Positions 58,749-64,000 of a DNA stretch of 64,000 bases are shown piece by piece. A program made the position numbers and the translations under genes. Source of the DNA: Acidimicrobiia bacterium. Its GTDB lineage: Bacteria; Actinomycetota; Acidimicrobiia; Spongiisociales; ZC4RG35. The notes under the pieces were generated by a model that had not been told where the DNA came from, ran no database searches, and saw only the letters and a program-made list of their open reading frames with translations. How positions within the stretch are numbered: the first letter of the stretch is position 1; each line of letters opens with the position of its first letter. The DNA lies in contig OZ242375.1 of NCBI GenBank assembly GCA_965209025.1, positions 2,056,910 through 2,120,909 on the forward strand. Direction: 5' to 3'.

Positions 58749-59969
58749 GTGAACATTCATGAGCACCAGGCCAAGGAACTGCTTGCGTCTTATGGAGTAA
58801 CCGTTCCGCTGGGCGCGGTGGCCTTCACTCCCGCGGAGGCAGGGGAAGCGGCCGCGTCAATAATGGAGAAGACCCGCGGTCACATGGTGATCATCAAGGC
58901 GCAGATCCACGCCGGGGGCCGGGGCAAGGGCCGCTTTCGCGAGCACCCCGACGCCGGACTGGCCGGTGTGAACGTCGTCGCTTCCGGACAGACCAGCCTC
59001 ATGGGAGAGCGGATGGCGGAACTGGCGGAGAAGATGCTGGGTTCCACCTTGGTGACAGTGCAGACCGGACCTGCGGGGAAGGTGGTGAACCGTGTCCTTC
59101 TGGAGGCGGCGGTGGACATCGCACAGGAGCTCTACTTGGCGATCCAGTTGGACCGGAGAATCGCCCGGCCGGTTCTCCTGGCCTCCACCGAGGGAGGAGT
59201 GGAGATCGAACAGGTGGCTGCCGAGTCACCCGAGAAGCTGCACACCGAGATCATCGATCCCGCGATGGGGATCCGGCCCTTCCAACTGCGGCGTCTCACC
59301 GGGCGTCTGGGCCTCACAGGCGCGGCGGCCTCCTCCTATGTGGACCTGGTCCAAAGGCTGGTCACGGCCGCCGGAGAACTCGACACCGAGTTACTGGAGA
59401 TCAACCCCCTGGTGATCAACGCTTCCGGGCAGGCGCTGGCGTTGGACGCCAAGTTGTCCTTCGAGGACAACGCCCTCTACCGCCACCCCGAATTAGCCGA
59501 GTTGAGGGATGAGGGCGAAGAGGAGCCTGCCGAGACCCTGGCCCGGAAAGCCGGGCTCAACTATGTGAAGCTGGATGGCCGGATAGGGTGCATGGTCAAT
59601 GGAGCGGGTCTGGCCATGGCGACCATGGACACCGTGGAGCATTACGGGGGAAGCCCTGCGAATTTCCTCGACGTGGGAGGGGACACCGACGAGGAGCGGG
59701 CGGCGACGGGCTTTCGAATCATCACCGCCGATCCCAACGTGAGGGGGATATTCGTCAACATCTTCGGGGGGATCGTCCACTGCGACGTGATTGCCAAAGG
59801 GGTGCTGGCCGCCACCGAGCAGGTGGGCCTCTCGGTACCGCTGGTGGTCCGCTTGGAGGGCACCAACGTGGATCTGGGACGCAGGATCATCGCCGAGTCG
59901 GGCCTGGGAGTGATCTCTGCCACCAACATGGCGGAGGGCGCCCGCCGCATCGTGGAGTTGTGCCGATGA
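58749..59969 (+). CDS. sucC: Succinate--CoA ligase beta subunit
   Basis: [13 protein letters not shown]-terminus, an ATP-grasp domain, and a C-terminal CoA-ligase domain. Confidence 0.9.
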   Translation: MNIHEHQAKELLASYGVTVPLGAVAFTPAEAGEAAASIMEKTRGHMVIIKAQIHAGGRGKGRFREHPDAGLAGVNVVASGQTSLMGERMAELAEKMLGSTLVTVQTGPAGKVVNRVLLEAAVDIAQELYLAIQLDRRIARPVLLASTEGGVEIEQVAAESPEKLHTEIIDPAMGIRPFQLRRLTGRLGLTGAAASSYVDLVQRLVTAAGELDTELLEINPLVINASGQALALDAKLSFEDNALYRHPELAELRDEGEEEPAETLARKAGLNYVKLDGRIGCMVNGAGLAMATMDTVEHYGGSPANFLDVGGDTDEERAATGFRIITADPNVRGIFVNIFGGIVHCDVIAKGVLAATEQVGLSVPLVVRLEGTNVDLGRRIIAESGLGVISATNMAEGARRIVELCR

Positions 59970-60892
59970 GCATCCTCTGCGGACGGGACACCCGCCTCTT
60001 GATCCAGGGTCTGGGCCGGGCCGGGCGCTTCCATGGCGGACAGATCATCGCCTACGGCACGGAGGTGGTGGGTGGGGTCCATCCCCGCCGGGCGGGCGAG
60101 ACCGAGCGGTTCTCCGGCGAGACCGATCACTCGGGAGTCCAGGGAAGAGAAGAATCCTTCTCCGTCGACCTTCCGATCTTCTCGGGTGTGTCGGAAGCGG
60201 TGGACGCCACCGGCGCCAATGCCAGCCTGATATTCGTCCCGCCCCCCGCGGCGGCCGATTCCATAATGGAGGCGGCCGAGGCCGGGGTGGAGTTGATCGT
60301 CTGCATCACCGAGGGCATCCCGGTCAACGACATGGTGGAAGCCAAGCGCTATCTCGAGTCGCGTCCTGTCCGCCTAATCGGACCCAACTGCCCGGGGGTG
60401 ATCACCCCGGGGGAGTGCAAGATCGGGATAATGCCCGGCTATATACACGCTCGAGGGAAGGTCGGGGTGATCAGCCGGTCGGGCACCCTGACCTATGAGG
60501 CGGTCTATCAACTCACCAACCTGGGGCTGGGTCAGACCACCGCGCTGGGCATCGGGGGAGATCCGGTGAACGGCACCAGCTTCGTCGACGCCCTGGAACT
60601 GTTCGAAGCCGACCCGGCCACCGAGGGGGTATTGATGATCGGGGAGATCGGCGGGCCGGCCGAAGAGGAAGCCGCCGATTACGTTCGATCGCACATGACC
60701 AAGCCGGTGGCAGGGTTCATCGCCGGGCTGACCGCGCCCCCAGGAAAGCGCATGGGGCATGCCGGGGCGATCATCTCGGGCGGTCAAGGGACTGCGCAGA
60801 GTAAGATAGAGGCCTTCCGCCGGGCGGGAATCGAGATAGCCGCCACCCCGTCCGAGATGGGTGCTGCGATGGCCGCCGCCCTCGGGAGGTAG
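59966..60892 (+). CDS. sucD: Succinate--CoA ligase alpha subunit
   Basis: ATGA overlap with sucC. CoA-binding motif ([10 protein letters not shown]) and a phospho-His region ([10 protein letters not shown]). Confidence 0.9.
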   Translation: MSILCGRDTRLLIQGLGRAGRFHGGQIIAYGTEVVGGVHPRRAGETERFSGETDHSGVQGREESFSVDLPIFSGVSEAVDATGANASLIFVPPPAAADSIMEAAEAGVELIVCITEGIPVNDMVEAKRYLESRPVRLIGPNCPGVITPGECKIGIMPGYIHARGKVGVISRSGTLTYEAVYQLTNLGLGQTTALGIGGDPVNGTSFVDALELFEADPATEGVLMIGEIGGPAEEEAADYVRSHMTKPVAGFIAGLTAPPGKRMGHAGAIISGGQGTAQSKIEAFRRAGIEIAATPSEMGAAMAAALGR

Positions 60893-60919
60893 CCGGCCCG
60901 GAGCTTGCGGCTCGGCGCA

Positions 60920-60945
60920 GGGGTACCTTTGGCGCGCGGGTACCC
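60920..60945 (+). terminator. Hairpin GGGGTACC-N10-GGGTACCC after sucD (no U-tract)
   Basis: A palindromic GGTACC-containing inverted repeat lies 28 nt after the sucD stop. Confidence 0.35.
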
Positions 60946-60997
60946 TTGATCGCATGGAACCCGTATCCGGGCTGGTCCAGAACGGGGAGTGGCCACC

Positions 60998-62425
60998 GTG
61001 AGGTTGGTAATCGTGTCGGCGGGGAACGTTTCACGAAACGTCATCGGCCGGCTGGGCGACAGATGGGAGATCACCCTGATCGACCCGGCGGAGAACTCCC
61101 TGGAGATGGCCCGCCAGATCCGCCAGGTGGACACCGTCCGAGGAGACGGATCGAGTCGGCTGGTCTTGCGCCGGGCGGGGTTGGAGGAGGCCGAGGCCCT
61201 GATCGCCGCCAGCCGCGACGACGACATCAACATGGAGGCCTGTCGCTACGCCCGTGAACTGGGGGTGCCCCGGATCATCTCGGTGGCCAGCCGCTACGAG
61301 CACCTCCCCTCATACCGGGAACTGGGCGTGACGGTGGTGTCGGCCGACAACCTGACCGCCCGACATGTTGAGATCAACCTGGACGGGCGCCGGACCCAGT
61401 CGGCGGCCTTCGCCAACGGCCTGGCGGAGGCCATGGAATTCCGCATCTCCCACGACTCGCCCCTCCGCGGGGTGTCAGTACGGTCCCTGGGGCTGCGTTC
61501 ATGGTTGGTGGCGACCGTGCTTCGAGACCAACGCCTGATAATTCCGCACGGCAACACGGTCCTGGAGGAGGGGGATCTGGTGACAGTGGTCGGCGCCACC
61601 GAGGACTATGCGGACATGGTGGAGACGTTCACAGCCGGTCAAGCCAACTTTCCTCTCGATTACGGACTCTCGGTGGCGGTGTCCCTGGCCGCCGGGCCGA
61701 CCGACGACGGGGTGCTCGCCGAGGCGGCGCACTTTGTGAAGTTCACCGCCGCCGACTCCATCCTGGCCCTCCACCCTCCTTTGGAGCGGATGGAGCCGGA
61801 AGACGCCGAAGACCTGCGCCGCCGGATGGACCAATGGCGGATGCGTCACGAGAACATCGAGATCTCATTCATGCCCGCCTCCGCACCGGGTATTGAGGCG
61901 CCGTTCGAAGTTGCCTCCACCGAGTCGGTCGGGGTGGTGGTGTTCCCTCGTCCTCCCGGTCGGCGAAAGGTGGTCGGACTGATCGAGTTGAGCCGCCAGA
62001 GGGGAGTCCCCCTGCTGATTGCCTCGGGGCGTTTCCCCTACTCGGGTCCTCTGGTGGTGATGACGGGAGAAGAAGATGAAGAGTGGCAGGGAACCAGGGA
62101 GGCCATCGATATGGCTGCCCACTCAGGGACGGCGCTCCAGACGGTTGGGGTGCTCCCTCCCCAGTTCCTGCCCGGAGAGAAGACCCTCCAGGACATCCGG
62201 AGCCAGATCAGCCGGGTCAGGGAGGAAGCCTCCGTCCACGGCGTCACGATCCGCAGGCGCATCCTTCGGGGAAACCCGGTCCGGGTGGTCGACGAACTGT
62301 CCTCGTCGTCGCTGGTGGTGATGGGCATCGGCGGTCACCCATACACCTATTTGCGTCCGGGGATCGTGGGCCTCATGGCTGCTACGGTGGACTCCTCGGT
62401 GATGCTGATTCCTACCCGTAGCTGA
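60998..62425 (+). CDS. TrkA-N (NAD-binding) / TrkA-C regulatory protein fused to a C-terminal universal-stress-protein (Usp) domain
   Basis: Rossmann-like N-terminus (RLVIVSAGNVSRNVIGRL), a TrkA-C-like segment (LRGVSVRSLGL...VTVVGATEDY), and a Usp-like C-terminus (...SSSLVVMGIGGHPYTYLRPGIVGLMAATVDSSVMLIP). A GTG start with upstream GGAG. Confidence 0.65.
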   Translation: MRLVIVSAGNVSRNVIGRLGDRWEITLIDPAENSLEMARQIRQVDTVRGDGSSRLVLRRAGLEEAEALIAASRDDDINMEACRYARELGVPRIISVASRYEHLPSYRELGVTVVSADNLTARHVEINLDGRRTQSAAFANGLAEAMEFRISHDSPLRGVSVRSLGLRSWLVATVLRDQRLIIPHGNTVLEEGDLVTVVGATEDYADMVETFTAGQANFPLDYGLSVAVSLAAGPTDDGVLAEAAHFVKFTAADSILALHPPLERMEPEDAEDLRRRMDQWRMRHENIEISFMPASAPGIEAPFEVASTESVGVVVFPRPPGRRKVVGLIELSRQRGVPLLIASGRFPYSGPLVVMTGEEDEEWQGTREAIDMAAHSGTALQTVGVLPPQFLPGEKTLQDIRSQISRVREEASVHGVTIRRRILRGNPVRVVDELSSSSLVVMGIGGHPYTYLRPGIVGLMAATVDSSVMLIPTRS

Positions 62426-62427
62426 AG

Positions 62428-63609
62428 ATGGTCGAGGCATCCGACGCCATCACCTTGATCCTGGTGGGCGTGGCGGCTCTGGGACTTCCATTGGCGGCGC
62501 GGCGTATCCGCCTTCCTCCCGTGGTGTTGGAGATCCTGTTCGGCGTGCTGGTGGGCCCGGTGCTGCACATCGTTTCATCCTCTTCCCTGCTGGAATCGCT
62601 GGCCCGGTTGGGCTTTCTGATGCTCATGCTGCTCACCGGTTTCGAGATCAACATCGGGTTCTTCCAACGCCAGGGATCGGGCCCCATCGTCGTAGGCATG
62701 CTCGGATTCGCCGCAACGCTCTCGGCTTCCTGGGTGGCCAGCCAGGTTCTGGACACCGACCCGTTCATGGTGATGGTTCTGGCTACAACCTCGGTGGGAC
62801 TGGTGGTGCCGAGCCTCCGCTCCGCGGGGGTGGCTTCCCGTCCGATCGGCCAGGACATCCTGTTGGGCGCTCTCCTGGCGGACTTCCTGACGTTGCTGGG
62901 AGTCACGGTTATCGCGGTGCTGGCGGGAGGAGAGGCGGGGTGGCGTCTCCTGGGAATACCCGGCTTCTTCGTGATCGTGGCGGCTGTGCTGCTGGGCATC
63001 AGAAGAGCAGCCTGGTGGCATCCGGACCGCTTCGGAGCCCTCTTCGCCGCCGATGACACCGAAGAGATGGGTATCCGCGCCACATTGGCGTTGTTGTTCG
63101 TGTTTGTGGGCGTGGCCAGCCTGTTGGGCATCGAGTCGGTGCTGGCAGCCTTCCTGGCGGGGGGGATCATCGCCTTGGTGTTTCGCGAGCGGGGCGCTCT
63201 GGATCGCAAGCTCTCGGGGTTCTCCTACGGGTTTCTCATCCCCATATTCTTCATCGACGTTGGAATCCGCTTCGATCTGACTGCGGTAACCGATGTGGAT
63301 GCACTGTTGTTCACCGGCAAACTGGTGATCGCCGCCTTCGCCGTCAAGACCGCCTCGGCGCTGGTGCTGGTGTTGCGCGGGCACGGCCTCAGGTCGATCG
63401 CCGCCGCGGCCGCCCTGCTGTCCGCCCGCCTGTCCCTGATAATCGTGGTAGCCGAAATCGGGAGGCACCTGGGATTCATCTCCAGTTCCCAGGAGGGGAG
63501 CATCATTCTTCTGGCGATCGTCACCACCATCGTGGCCCCCACCCTCTTCCGCTGGCTGATCCCGACCTCCGCGGGAGGAGAGCCGGAGGGGGCGTCTGCC
63601 GGAAGTTGA
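62428..63609 (+). CDS. Cation:proton antiporter (CPA2 / Kef-type)
   Basis: Ten or more TM helices, a Na/H-exchanger-like fold, and immediate coupling to the upstream TrkA-domain gene. Confidence 0.8.
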   Translation: MVEASDAITLILVGVAALGLPLAARRIRLPPVVLEILFGVLVGPVLHIVSSSSLLESLARLGFLMLMLLTGFEINIGFFQRQGSGPIVVGMLGFAATLSASWVASQVLDTDPFMVMVLATTSVGLVVPSLRSAGVASRPIGQDILLGALLADFLTLLGVTVIAVLAGGEAGWRLLGIPGFFVIVAAVLLGIRRAAWWHPDRFGALFAADDTEEMGIRATLALLFVFVGVASLLGIESVLAAFLAGGIIALVFRERGALDRKLSGFSYGFLIPIFFIDVGIRFDLTAVTDVDALLFTGKLVIAAFAVKTASALVLVLRGHGLRSIAAAAALLSARLSLIIVVAEIGRHLGFISSSQEGSIILLAIVTTIVAPTLFRWLIPTSAGGEPEGASAGS

Positions 63610-63632
63610 CGCGGGTCCGACCGCTGTGAGCC

Positions 63633-64000
63633 CTAGTTGCCCGGACCGTACAGTCCGTAGCTGAGTCTGGGGTCTCCGGGGACGGCGTCGAACCGGGTCT
63701 GGTATGCTTCCCCGATCCATCGGGACCGGGCGATCAGGTTGTTTCCGACCCGTAGGCGCCCGGGCTCCCAACACCGGAGGGCTTCCCTGACGTCCCCCTT
63801 TGCCTCCGCCAGGGCGTCTCGCAACGCAAACGCATCGTCGCAGGCCTTGGCCGTGCCGGCCGCGGCATGGGGACGCACCGAGAACGCCGCATCGCCTATC
63901 ACACAAACCCTCCCCTCGGCCATCCGGTCCGAGGCGACGTCGAATATCACCTGGATGAATAGATCTTCCGCGCCGTCCACAACCTCTCTCACCACCGGCG
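63633..64000 (-). CDS. FAD-dependent monooxygenase, C-terminal part (3' end of gene; 5' end beyond window)
   Basis: VCVIGDAAFSVRPHAAAGTAKACDDA matches the GDAAH/second FAD-binding motif of PHBH-type flavin monooxygenases. Confidence 0.6.
   Translation of the reverse strand, partial: PVVREVVDGAEDLFIQVIFDVASDRMAEGRVCVIGDAAFSVRPHAAAGTAKACDDAFALRDALAEAKGDVREALRCWEPGRLRVGNNLIARSRWIGEAYQTRFDAVPGDPRLSYGLYGPGN

Overview
This is a high-GC (about 68-70%) window from a WhiB-encoding actinobacterium (Actinomycetota). It is densely coding, about 54 genes, and mostly core metabolism.

Core metabolism present: succinate dehydrogenase sdhCAB; the lipoate module lpd-E2-lipB/lipA; tkt and tal; sucCD; guaB3-guaA; trpS; pcrA; a LivHMKFG branched-chain amino-acid ABC transporter; fadD; moaE; tatA; and an AhpE-type peroxiredoxin.

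Accessory-looking content:
- The 5' end of the window holds the tail of a type I polyketide synthase (ACP-KS-AT) whose acyltransferase domain is catalytically degenerate. It is followed by a discrete ACP, an Sfp-type phosphopantetheinyl transferase, and a secreted protein that combines SLH-like domains, leucine-rich repeats and an HExxH domain.
- lipB and lipA are fused into one 570-codon ORF.
- A 1178-aa exported protein carries 8 peptidoglycan-binding domains plus a SpoIID/LytB domain and an FN3 domain.
- A lipoprotein carries four tandem PPC-like domains encoded by near-identical 339-bp DNA repeats.
- A TrkA-N/TrkA-C/Usp fusion sits upstream of a CPA2 antiporter.
- An NCS2 permease has an unexplained 150-aa C-terminal extension.
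- Several small or hypothetical genes are present.

The clearest non-protein signal is a complete transcription-attenuation unit upstream of the citramalate synthase gene. It consists of a TTGACA-17-CATAAT promoter, a leaderless 13-codon Ile-rich leader peptide (MQMIASLSIIIDP) and a hairpin followed by U5, placed immediately 5' of cimA. Other regulatory candidates: a sigma-A-like promoter with a perfect 14-bp palindrome at whiB; a 13-mer (GGTTGCCGGTTGG) shared by two unrelated intergenic regions; and GC-rich hairpins after wecB and sucD.

No rRNA, tRNA, CRISPR or recognisable mobile elements were found. Coordinates of gene starts are best estimates made without tools.
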